Positions 1 through 8,028 are shown, counted from the first letter of the stretch. The stretch: 24,000 nucleotides of DNA from Candidatus Woesearchaeota archaeon (GCA_964604715.1 CAZRZR010000001.1:10197-34196), one strand, 5' to 3'. Notes: generated from the sequence alone by a model not told the origin. Program-made: numbers and translations.

Positions 1-1
1 C

Positions 2-2422
2 GGAAGCTCTTGAAATGATATTGTCTAAGAAATATAAATTCCTATTTCCAGAACCATAAGCAAAATAAGTAGCATGTTTTTTCTCCGTAGCTCCAGCATA
101 ACCCCCTGGACCGTTCAAATATCCGACCTGATTTCCATAATATACAGACCCACTAATGTCAGTCCCCGAAACGCCATTATGAGTGGTAACAGACAAAACA
201 ACAGGCTGATTAGTTGTCTGATTATACTGACTAAACAAGAAATAAGTTTGCCCATTTCTACTATAATAAAAGGCAGTTACATTAAGCAAATTATAGCCTG
301 CCTTTGTATTTACGGCATTCTGTATTTTAGCTGCAACATCTGCAAGCGATATACTTGTTGAGAAATCTAAGCCACTAATCAAATATGTCGCAATCTGTGT
401 GTTCCAATTAGGATCGCTTCGATTATAGAAAGAAATATTGAACTTTCCATTGGTAACTGCAGTCCATTCCGAAATGGTTTTATTAGGAATAAAAATAAGA
501 TCGTGAGAAGAAGGAATATCTGCATTCCATCCTCCAAAATCGTCCAAGTTCTCTTGATAAAGAAATCCTTGCGTGTTTGCAACAAACGTTCCCTGGGCAA
601 AATAGCCTGAATCAATAGACCAACTTCGGACAATCTGACTTCTTCGAAGAGTAAAGTTAACGCTTGACTGAACATTGAGACCGTGGCTATATCCTTCAAA
701 CTTACAATCTTCAATCAAAACGTTCTTTCCTCCTGCAATACTTACAAATCCGTCTGCAGAATCCAATCCCGTTCTATTAGAAATAAATTCAAGTCCATTA
801 AAGGCAAGATAATTACGTTGACCTGAATCAGGAGTAATCCCGCTAAATCCATTAGCCGTATGCAAAACTGGTCGCTTCGTAGACGATCCATACGTTGTCA
901 CAACCATCGGTTCGTTATAAGATCGTCCAGAGCGTAACCACTGATAAATAATTCCGCCCCACTCGCCAAGAGGAGTATGCCAACTATCTCCGCGTTTCAA
1001 AAGCAACCAATCAGGCATATCGCTACGTAGTTTACTTATGCCTACGCCAACGCTTGCACAAGGTACAACGCTTCCGCTTGGGTTATATGGATCGCCAACT
1101 TGCGCAAGCGTATACGCTTTACATACGTTATCATCTCCTGCGTTGCTAACATAAACAAACTGGCTATCACTTGAAGGCGTATAATTGGTCCAACCTTGTG
1201 CATCTCGTGGCAAGCAATAACCTACAGGGCATTCTAAATTAACATTTGTTTGAGCGCACACGCTCGGTTGTCCAGTGCAAGTATAGCCAGATTCAAGATT
1301 ACAACTAGAAGAACAACCATCGTCATTATTAGAATTAAGATCATCGCAGGTTTCCCCTACCTCAATAACGCCATTTCCACAAATAGATCCGGCAGATCCT
1401 CCAAACTCCTCATTATCCTGTGCGTTATCACATCCGCCATCTGCAGGCCAGTCAATCACACCGTTACCATCGTCATCAATACCATTTTTACATTGCGCTT
1501 TAGGATTAGCTTCATCGTTGTCAAAAAAAGAACCGCAGCTGAAATCGTGAGGATAATCAATAGCACCATCATTATCATTATCCAACTCGTCGGAACATTG
1601 GAATTTCAACTGATTCTCACCAACAATTGAACCTACTTTAAATCTAAGACATTTACTTGGTTGGCCTGAACATTTCCATCCGCCCTCTACTTGACAAATG
1701 TTCGAACAACCATCACCATTTACCACGTTCTGATCATCACACTTCTCTGCACCTTCAATAATACCATTTCCACAAACAGCAGAAGTACATGCACTAGTGT
1801 TAAAGATGCATTGATTTGTTAAACCAGGAGCAATACAACTTAAAATCCCGCCGGTAAATCCTTGTCCTAAAGTCATACACGTCTGGCTATTCAAATTGCT
1901 TCCGTCACATTGCTCTCCTTGTTCAATAAGATTATTACCACAAGTGACAGGCGCACCCCAATCAAAAGTAATAACATCAATCTTGCTAGGTAAGGCAGCA
2001 TTAGGCAATTTTACCCTGTAGCGAAAAGAACTTGTAGGTAAAGGACATCCTGGATTGTTGAGATATTGCCCATTAGTAGCATAGCAAGAAGACGCCCAAT
2101 TATTAGTAGAAACGAGCACTTGCACATCGCTCGTACCAACCCATGAAACCTTAAGATTTGAAGAAGATTGTCCCATGGAGATAGTCTTAGAAGTAAATGT
2201 ACCGTCCAGACTGCCCGTACCTGCCCCAGTTCTCACATAATTCGTCGACCCATCCCAGCCCACTTTAGCCCAACTATAGATATTAGAATTAGCACTGAGA
2301 TCTTTAGTATAGTCATCAGTGAAACTAGGAGGCGACAAAGAAACACCGGAATTAGTCAACGTTGAAAAATAAATGAAAAAAAGCGCAACTATTAGTCCAA
2401 AAATCCAATCCCTCTTAAGCAT
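2..2422 (-). CDS. Large secreted or surface protein, paralog A (5' end complete, 3' end beyond the window edge). Contains an N-terminal hydrophobic anchor or signal, a conserved ~130-aa N-domain, DUF4215-type Cys-rich repeats, Asp-rich Ca-loop motifs and a right-handed beta-helix-like region.
   Basis: Absent from the ORF track because it has no stop inside the window. I translated the minus strand by hand from the ATG at 2422-2420 to position 2 and found 807 codons with no stop. MLKRDWIFGLIVALFF...SLSPPSFTDDYT...CGNNLIEQGEQCDGS...CGNGIIEGAEKCDDQNVVNGDGCSNIC...CSDELDNDNDGAIDYPHDFSC...CKNGIDDDGNGVIDWPADGGC...CGNGVIEVGETCDDLNSNNDDGCSSSC aligns almost position-for-position with the 3809..6580 protein up to about residue 410. 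Beyond that it diverges. Confidence 0.85.
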   Translation of the reverse strand, partial: MLKRDWIFGLIVALFFIYFSTLTNSGVSLSPPSFTDDYTKDLSANSNIYSWAKVGWDGSTNYVRTGAGTGSLDGTFTSKTISMGQSSSNLKVSWVGTSDVQVLVSTNNWASSCYATNGQYLNNPGCPLPTSSFRYRVKLPNAALPSKIDVITFDWGAPVTCGNNLIEQGEQCDGSNLNSQTCMTLGQGFTGGILSCIAPGLTNQCIFNTSACTSAVCGNGIIEGAEKCDDQNVVNGDGCSNICQVEGGWKCSGQPSKCLRFKVGSIVGENQLKFQCSDELDNDNDGAIDYPHDFSCGSFFDNDEANPKAQCKNGIDDDGNGVIDWPADGGCDNAQDNEEFGGSAGSICGNGVIEVGETCDDLNSNNDDGCSSSCNLESGYTCTGQPSVCAQTNVNLECPVGYCLPRDAQGWTNYTPSSDSQFVYVSNAGDDNVCKAYTLAQVGDPYNPSGSVVPCASVGVGISKLRSDMPDWLLLKRGDSWHTPLGEWGGIIYQWLRSGRSYNEPMVVTTYGSSTKRPVLHTANGFSGITPDSGQRNYLAFNGLEFISNRTGLDSADGFVSIAGGKNVLIEDCKFEGYSHGLNVQSSVNFTLRRSQIVRSWSIDSGYFAQGTFVANTQGFLYQENLDDFGGWNADIPSSHDLIFIPNKTISEWTAVTNGKFNISFYNRSDPNWNTQIATYLISGLDFSTSISLADVAAKIQNAVNTKAGYNLLNVTAFYYSRNGQTYFLFSQYNQTTNQPVVLSVTTHNGVSGTDISGSVYYGNQVGYLNGPGGYAGATEKKHATYFAYGSGNRNLYFLDNIISRAS
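1256..1381 (-). repeat. DUF4215 / Myxococcus-type cysteine-rich repeat, copy 2 of paralog A (coding)
   Basis: CGNGVIEVGETCDDLNSNNDDGCSSSCNLESGYTCTGQPSVC from my hand translation. Confidence 0.6.
1649..1774 (-). repeat. DUF4215 / Myxococcus-type cysteine-rich repeat, copy 1 of paralog A (coding)
   Basis: CGNGIIEGAEKCDDQNVVNGDGCSNICQVEGGWKCSGQPSKC from my hand translation. Confidence 0.6.
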
Positions 2423-2443
2423 AATTTAACCTACTTTGTAGGA

Positions 2444-2451
2444 TTTAAATA
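2444..2451 (-). promoter_or_regulatory. TATA box of surface-protein gene A
   Basis: The minus strand reads TATTTAAA. Its upstream edge at 2451 is 29 nt from the ATG at 2422. The box sits directly after the protease A stop codon. Confidence 0.6.
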
Positions 2452-2458
2452 ATTACCG

Positions 2459-3748
2459 TTAACAAAGTTCAAGACCGCAATTTCCAGCAGTCGCCGAATT
2501 TACACTTGTTTTAGATAGCTTAGTAAGAAAAACATTTAATTTCCAGAATGTTCGTTCAAGATTAATCCGTTTAAGTTGTGAATTATCTTTTAAATCATCC
2601 CCATTCAGTGCCAGCAAAGTTTCAATCTGCTTGGGAGTCATAGATTTAGATTTTCCATCTAAAGCAATTTTCTGATTAGCAATAGCAAATGATCCAGCAA
2701 CCATCGGTGCAGCCATGCTGGTGCCACTCATCGCAATATAGCCTCCACCACGTTTCGTAGAAACGATTTCAGTGCCAGGAGCCACAAGTTTAACAAATGA
2801 ATTTACGTTAGAGTACGTAGCAAAACTATCGCTCTTATTACTTGCTGCAACAGGAATAGCGTTAGAAATGCACGAAGGCACCGAAATTCTATCAGTCTTG
2901 TAATTATTTCCTGTTGAAATAACAACAGAAATATTCTTTGCAGCAGCTGCATTAATAGCGTTTGCAATAGTAGGGAAGTTCACGTCACAAGCGCCAGTAA
3001 ACCATCCATTGGAGGCAATGCTCATCGAAATAACTGAAATATTATACCGTTCAGCAAGTTGAACAGCCTTATCAATAGAGCGCACAATAGGAACGGTGCT
3101 AGTAAATGTGCCACTAGAACCATTGAACATCTTTAAAGCAATCAAATTAACTCCAGGCGCAATACCCTTTATTCCTCCAGAAGCGCCTGCAATTCCAGCA
3201 ACGTGAGTACCATGACCATTCAAATCAGTCACACTAGTTGAGCCTTGACAATCAGCAAAATTATAACAATCAAACTCTACGCCTGCAATATTCTTTCCGA
3301 TCAAATCAGGATGACTAAAATCAATACCTGTATCAACAATAGCAATAGTCTGTCCAGTTCCAGTCAAATAAGCCCCTTTGTAATTCCAGTTCCAAACTGT
3401 GCTTGCCTTAGTAATACTGGCTGCATCAGTCATGCTAATGCTAAAATCAAGAGCAGGTTCTAATATAGCAACTTCGTCTTTATTAGCAAATTCATTAATC
3501 TGTAAGGCATTAAGTTTAACAACGATTGCCTCAGGATAAAACTTTTCTACAATATTGTCCTCTCCAACTTGAGACGCAATTTTATCGAATGCGTTAGCAT
3601 CGCTAACCCAAATAGTAACTTTAACAGACTCATCACTATCTAACCTCAATAAAGAAGGAGAAACTACTGCCTTTGAACTTACAAAGGCCAGGTTAAACAC
3701 GACCCCTATAGCGAGGCAAAATACCAATTTCATAACCTTATTTTTCAT
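2459..3748 (-). CDS. Subtilisin-like serine protease (peptidase S8), paralog A, with signal peptide and N-terminal propeptide-like region
   Basis: Catalytic triad motifs are present: IAIVDTGIDFSHPDL (Asp), NGHGTHVAGIAGA (His), MSGTSMAAPMVAG (Ser). The N-terminus is hydrophobic. The ORF-track start at 3763 is a TTG. The ATG at 3748 (MKNKVMKL...) aligns with paralog B's MKNKGLLL and lies 29 nt from the TATA box at 3770-3777. Confidence 0.9.
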   Translation of the reverse strand: MKNKVMKLVFCLAIGVVFNLAFVSSKAVVSPSLLRLDSDESVKVTIWVSDANAFDKIASQVGEDNIVEKFYPEAIVVKLNALQINEFANKDEVAILEPALDFSISMTDAASITKASTVWNWNYKGAYLTGTGQTIAIVDTGIDFSHPDLIGKNIAGVEFDCYNFADCQGSTSVTDLNGHGTHVAGIAGASGGIKGIAPGVNLIALKMFNGSSGTFTSTVPIVRSIDKAVQLAERYNISVISMSIASNGWFTGACDVNFPTIANAINAAAAKNISVVISTGNNYKTDRISVPSCISNAIPVAASNKSDSFATYSNVNSFVKLVAPGTEIVSTKRGGGYIAMSGTSMAAPMVAGSFAIANQKIALDGKSKSMTPKQIETLLALNGDDLKDNSQLKRINLERTFWKLNVFLTKLSKTSVNSATAGNCGLELC

Positions 3749-3769
3749 ATAATTTAGGGTCAAAACTAC

Positions 3770-3777
3770 TATATAAA
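3770..3777 (-). promoter_or_regulatory. TATA box of protease A
   Basis: The minus strand reads TTTATATA. Its edge at 3777 is 29 nt from the ATG at 3748. Confidence 0.65.
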
Positions 3778-3808
3778 CCTTTGTATATGTTACTACTTCT
3801 ATGTGACA

Positions 3809-6571
3809 TTAATGTGAAAAACCTTGTTTCATATAACTATTGAAACCATCAGTAGTAAATCTAGTATCCCAATTTTCCTTAGACAATCCTCTAACAGAAG
3901 TCATAAGATTTTCAATATTGTAACCCAATCCTAAAGATTGCGCGTAAGATTCAGGATTTCTTTCAGGATACATATACTGTATTTTCTCAATGACAGAATT
4001 ATCCCCAGTTAAAGAGTTCCATTGGGAAAGCGAATAAATTCCCCCCACCCCTCCAAGATAAAACTGGAATCCAGGTAAATCAGACCAATACTTATTTCCA
4101 GAGAAAACTCCAGGAAGCTGGCTATTAGTACCAAACCAAACGAGCAAAGCCTTTCCTCCAGGTTGCACATCGTTATCTTTGAAAATCAAAGGAGAAGCGG
4201 CTTGAGGTGCATTAAGAGCTACTGCAGGATCATGTAATTCATCTTCAAGATTACGATAAGTCCAATTATAGACGATATTATTATGGATATTAGTATTCGC
4301 AGCACTCCAAGGAATTACGAATGCCAAACTCGAGTCACCGTCAGTGGAATGAACAATTAAATTATGATCAATCTCCACATTCAAAGAATGAACTGGCCAT
4401 ATAGCAAAACCCTTAGGCTGATTGCCGACATTATAATTTCTACTATAAACAAAAGTATTATTGAATATATGTCCCGTAGATGCATCAATATTGTCATCAC
4501 TACCTACAGTTACACCAACATCATTTCTTATAAATACATTATTGTAAACATCGCAACCAGTCCTACATTGAACAGCCCCCCTTCCAGAATTTCTAAACCA
4601 GTTGTTTCTTATTATAATATTTGCCTCTGTTCCATGCTGACCATTATCCTGAGTAGAATAAACGTATTCCGACTGTCTATGTCCAGAATTTATCAAACTT
4701 GTTCGGATATCCATTACATTTCCGTCAACAAGTATCAAACCCTTAGTATTAGAAGTAAAGACTCCCGCCGCACCATTATTATCTTCATATGCCCTATTTC
4801 CATCTATGATAATATTTCTTCTAAAACTAATATCTGAAAAACTAACTTGGGGCGAAATAGAGATTCCGGCACCATAATTCTCAATCATATTGTCTTCAAA
4901 CAATATTCTATTTCCAGTGCTAGTCACATAATAAATTCCTCCAGGACCGCTATCATGACCATCCCACGTATCTGCCCAGAAATGCAAACCAACAATCGCT
5001 CTATCGTGTATATTAGAAGCAGCGGTATAAAAACCATTATTAGACCCTGTCTTAATCAAAGGTCTATTTCCAGTTCCATAAGAACCTATAACTTCAGGTT
5101 CTGAAGCCGAACGTCCGTTTGCACCATACAAACCATTCACTACAAAAGTATCTCCCTTCTTGAAAAGCACCCAGTCAGGATAACCATCTCGTATCTGAGC
5201 TAAAGCATCGACAACATTTGAATAAGCCTGTACACTTATAGATGGATGAGTTGGATCACTTCCAACTTCAGCCTTAGTATATGGTCTTGGATTAGCACTT
5301 CCACTAGAACTAACATAAATTATTCTGCTATCGGTAGATGGAGATAAAATAGTCCATCCAGAACTATCACAAGCAAGCCATTGTTCAGGACAGGCATTTC
5401 CTAGTTGCTGTGCACATGCACTTGGTTCTCCAGAACAAGTCCATCCTGCCTCAACAAAACAGCTTGATGAGCATCCGTCTCCATTATTCACATTAAAATC
5501 ATCGCAGGTTTCCCCTTCTTCAACAAAACCATTCCCACAAAATCCAGCAGTGCTTCCCCCAAATTCAAAATTGTCCTGCTTACTATCACATCCATTATCT
5601 TGAGGATAATCTGTAAGCCCGTTGCCATCATCATCAATACCATTCTGACATTGTGATTTAGGATTTGTCTCGTCATTATCACTAACATCAGAGCAACTAA
5701 AATCAGCCATATCTATCGCACCATCGTTATCATTATCTATCCCGTCATCACACTGCTTTGCAATTTTGTTATCTTTTGTACTACTAAAAATTCTAGAAAT
5801 AATACATTTACTAGGCTGCCCGGAACATCTCCATCCATCTTCAACCCTGCATATAGAAGAACATCCATCTCCATTATTCACGTTTGCATCATCGCAGGTC
5901 TCTCCAGTTTCCTTTATTCCATTTCCACAAACAGGAGGAATACAAGAAGAAAAATCAAAACGGCATTCATCAGATTGCCCAGGAGCAATGCAAGCAAGAT
6001 TACCAGAAGCAAAACCTAAGCTAGAACATGTTTGCCCATCCAAAGAAGTTCCATCGCATTGCTCTCCCGACTCTACAAGATTATTTCCACATACACTAGG
6101 GGGAGTCCAATCAAACCAAATCTTATCAATCTTACTAGGCAAGTTATTATCCGGCAATTTCACCCTATACTTAAAAGAACTGGCGGGCAAAGTGCATCCA
6201 GGAGCAGAAACAATGTAGACTCCATTTTGAACACTACACCAGGAAGCACCATTATTTGTAGAAACAGAAACCTGAACATCGCTGGTTCCAATCCAAGAAG
6301 CCCTTAAGTATTGTGAGCTAGAACCAATTGAAATAGACTTTGATGTAAATGTCCCGTCTAGCCCTCCAGTCCCAGCACCAGATCTCACATAATTCGTAGT
6401 TCCATCCCAAGCAACTTTGGCATAACTAGCAATGAAAGTATTTGAATTTATATTTACAGTATAATCATCAGAAAAACCAGGGGGAGATAATGAAATATTA
6501 GGAGAAAGAGACATAATATACGCAAAAACAAACAAAACAGCCAAAACAAGTAGCAAATCCCTCTTATTCAT
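3809..6571 (-). CDS. Large secreted or surface protein, paralog B (N-anchor or signal, conserved N-domain, Cys-rich DUF4215-type repeats, Asp-rich Ca-loop or MopE-like motifs, right-handed parallel beta-helix C-terminal half)
   Basis: This is the 923-aa ORF in the track. It carries CGNGIKETGETCDDANVNNGDGCSSICRVEDGWRCSGQPSKC and CGNGFVEEGETCDDFNVNNGDGCSSSCFVEAGWTCSGEPSAC repeats, plus CDDGIDNDNDGAIDMADFSC and CQNGIDDDGNGLTDYPQDNGC loops. The C-terminal half has periodic N-N-x-F/I/V turns (IIRNNWFRNS, VYNNVFIRND, HIFNNTFVYS, EIDHNLIVHS, NIHNNIVYNW) typical of pectate-lyase-fold beta-helices. The start is probably the ATG at 6571 (MNKRDLLL), which aligns with paralog A's M1 and is 29 nt from the TATA box. 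The ATG at 6580 is the alternative. Confidence 0.9.
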   Translation of the reverse strand: MNKRDLLLVLAVLFVFAYIMSLSPNISLSPPGFSDDYTVNINSNTFIASYAKVAWDGTTNYVRSGAGTGGLDGTFTSKSISIGSSSQYLRASWIGTSDVQVSVSTNNGASWCSVQNGVYIVSAPGCTLPASSFKYRVKLPDNNLPSKIDKIWFDWTPPSVCGNNLVESGEQCDGTSLDGQTCSSLGFASGNLACIAPGQSDECRFDFSSCIPPVCGNGIKETGETCDDANVNNGDGCSSICRVEDGWRCSGQPSKCIISRIFSSTKDNKIAKQCDDGIDNDNDGAIDMADFSCSDVSDNDETNPKSQCQNGIDDDGNGLTDYPQDNGCDSKQDNFEFGGSTAGFCGNGFVEEGETCDDFNVNNGDGCSSSCFVEAGWTCSGEPSACAQQLGNACPEQWLACDSSGWTILSPSTDSRIIYVSSSGSANPRPYTKAEVGSDPTHPSISVQAYSNVVDALAQIRDGYPDWVLFKKGDTFVVNGLYGANGRSASEPEVIGSYGTGNRPLIKTGSNNGFYTAASNIHDRAIVGLHFWADTWDGHDSGPGGIYYVTSTGNRILFEDNMIENYGAGISISPQVSFSDISFRRNIIIDGNRAYEDNNGAAGVFTSNTKGLILVDGNVMDIRTSLINSGHRQSEYVYSTQDNGQHGTEANIIIRNNWFRNSGRGAVQCRTGCDVYNNVFIRNDVGVTVGSDDNIDASTGHIFNNTFVYSRNYNVGNQPKGFAIWPVHSLNVEIDHNLIVHSTDGDSSLAFVIPWSAANTNIHNNIVYNWTYRNLEDELHDPAVALNAPQAASPLIFKDNDVQPGGKALLVWFGTNSQLPGVFSGNKYWSDLPGFQFYLGGVGGIYSLSQWNSLTGDNSVIEKIQYMYPERNPESYAQSLGLGYNIENLMTSVRGLSKENWDTRFTTDGFNSYMKQGFSH
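5414..5539 (-). repeat. DUF4215 / Myxococcus-type cysteine-rich repeat, copy 2 of paralog B (coding)
   Basis: CGNGFVEEGETCDDFNVNNGDGCSSSCFVEAGWTCSGEPSAC, matching the pattern CGNG-x3-GE-x-CDD-x-N-x3-GDGCS-x2-C. Confidence 0.6.
5804..5929 (-). repeat. DUF4215 / Myxococcus-type cysteine-rich repeat, copy 1 of paralog B (coding)
   Basis: CGNGIKETGETCDDANVNNGDGCSSICRVEDGWRCSGQPSKC. Confidence 0.6.
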
Positions 6572-6592
6572 AAAAAACATTAATTTCTGTAG

Positions 6593-6600
6593 TTTAAATA
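6593..6600 (-). promoter_or_regulatory. TATA box of surface-protein gene B
   Basis: The minus strand reads TATTTAAA. Its edge at 6600 is 29 nt from the ATG at 6571. The surrounding sequence is conserved with 2441-2456. Confidence 0.6.
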
Positions 6601-6606
6601 ATTATA

Positions 6607-7911
6607 TTAACACAAGCCAGAATCACAATTCTCTGTAATCGCTAAGTCTGCATTCGCACGAGACAACTTTTTAAATAAAACATCTAATTTCATAAATACT
6701 TTCTGAAGATTAATTCTCTTAAAACTAGCATCTTTAAGAACATCTCCGTTTTCAGCAAGCAATAATTCAATTTGTTTAGGAGCCATAGACATAGGTTTTC
6801 CATCTAAAGCAAGCTTCTGATTAATCATCGCAATTGAAGCACTAACCATTGGAGCAGCCATGGATGTACCGCTCATGATAGTATATCCTCCACCTTTCTT
6901 AGTAGAGTTTATACTTGTTCCAGGAGCTACCAATTTTACAAAATGGTTTCTATTAGAATATGTTGCAAGAGTATCATCCTTATTACTTGCTGCAACAGGA
7001 ATAGCAGAACTGATACATGACGGCACGGAAATCCGATCGGTTTTGTAATTATTACCTGTCGAAATTACTACCGATATATTCTTCGCAGCTGCAGCATTGA
7101 TAGCAGTCGCAAGGGTAGGAAAGTTAGCATCACATGCTCCAGTAAACCATCCATTTGAAGCAATACTCATAGAAATAACTGAAATATTATATTGTTCTGC
7201 AAGTGCCACCGCTTTGTTAATAGAGCGCTCAATAGGCACAACGCTTGAAAACGTGCTACTCGATCCATTGAACATCTTGAGAGCAATTAAGTTAACCCCT
7301 GGAGCAATGCCACTAATCCCGCCAGAGGCTCCAGCAATTCCTGCAACATGTGTTCCATGTCCGTTCAAGTCAGTCACACTAGGCGATCCAGCACAATTAG
7401 CAAAATTGTAACAATCAAATCCAACTCCTGCAATATTCTTAGCCGCTAGATCGGGATGAGTAAAATCAATACCAGTGTCAATTATCGCAATAGTCTGACC
7501 TACTCCAGTCAAGTTCTGACCATTGTAAACAATAGGCCATACATCTACGGCATGCGTTATCTTCACAGCATCATACATAGAAACACTAAAAGTTGGTGCA
7601 GTTTCAAGACCAGCAACGTTCGCATGGGTGCTTAAGCGATCCACGTCTACACTCGAAAGAGAAGCGACAACTGCTTCTGGATAGAAGCGATCCTTGACAT
7701 TATCTTGCCCTATAGAAGCGACAACTGCGTCAAAAGCTTCCTGAGAAGGGACATTACCTTGATAATCAACACGAACAGTTACTAGCACACTGTCAGTATC
7801 TGCTTTAAGCCCCTTAAGAGCGGGAGATACATATGTGGCAGAAGCAAAACTTACAAGCAACAGACAAGCTACAAAACCTATAATCCCAAGCAAAAGACCT
7901 TTATTTTTCAT
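6607..7911 (-). CDS. Subtilisin-like serine protease (peptidase S8), paralog B
   Basis: Catalytic motifs are IAIIDTGIDFTHPDL, NGHGTHVAGIAGA and MSGTSMAAPMVSA. By eye the catalytic core is roughly 85% identical to paralog A in protein. A 70-nt stretch I aligned by hand (around 2878-2947 against 7022-7091) had 57/70 matches. Confidence 0.92.
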   Translation of the reverse strand: MKNKGLLLGIIGFVACLLLVSFASATYVSPALKGLKADTDSVLVTVRVDYQGNVPSQEAFDAVVASIGQDNVKDRFYPEAVVASLSSVDVDRLSTHANVAGLETAPTFSVSMYDAVKITHAVDVWPIVYNGQNLTGVGQTIAIIDTGIDFTHPDLAAKNIAGVGFDCYNFANCAGSPSVTDLNGHGTHVAGIAGASGGISGIAPGVNLIALKMFNGSSSTFSSVVPIERSINKAVALAEQYNISVISMSIASNGWFTGACDANFPTLATAINAAAAKNISVVISTGNNYKTDRISVPSCISSAIPVAASNKDDTLATYSNRNHFVKLVAPGTSINSTKKGGGYTIMSGTSMAAPMVSASIAMINQKLALDGKPMSMAPKQIELLLAENGDVLKDASFKRINLQKVFMKLDVLFKKLSRANADLAITENCDSGLC

Positions 7912-7932
7912 ACAATCCCCTATGTTTCAAAC

Positions 7933-7940
7933 TATTTAAA
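7933..7940 (-). promoter_or_regulatory. TATA box of protease B
   Basis: The minus strand reads TTTAAATA. Its edge at 7940 is 29 nt from the ATG at 7911. Confidence 0.65.
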
Positions 7941-8020
7941 TCTATGTAATTGTTACTACTAGGTTATGACAAATAAGGCCATTTATCCTATTAGGAAGGC
8001 AAAAACCTTTCTCATGCATA

Positions 8021-8028
8021 CTTAAAAA
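8021..8028 (+). promoter_or_regulatory. A/T box (TATA-like) of the membrane-protein / cysteine-desulfurase operon
   Basis: CTTAAAAA, with its edge at 8021, 29 nt from the ATG at 8050. Confidence 0.5.

Noticed and set aside
74-2365. ORF-track ORFs 74..361(+), 379..714(-), 1250..1630(+) and 2168..2365(+)
   Set aside because: All lie inside, and out of frame with or antisense to, the hand-verified 807-codon minus-strand frame. That frame is clearly homologous to the 923-aa protein. Several of these ORFs start at non-ATG codons and have low-complexity translations.
2459-2480. The protease C-terminal Cys as a CaaX-type prenylation box
   Set aside because: CaaX needs Cys at the fourth position from the end. 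Here the last four residues are LELC and SGLC, so the spacing does not fit.
4364-6307. Plus-strand ORFs 4364..4837, 4847..5104, 5766..6218 and 6032..6307, and minus-strand ORF 5488..5688
   Set aside because: These are antisense or out-of-frame shadows within the strongly supported 3809..6571 gene and carry no recognisable motifs.
6860-7411. Plus-strand ORFs 6860..7048 and 7097..7411 (and 3245..3463 in paralog A)
   Set aside because: They are antisense to S8 protease genes whose catalytic motifs are unambiguous.
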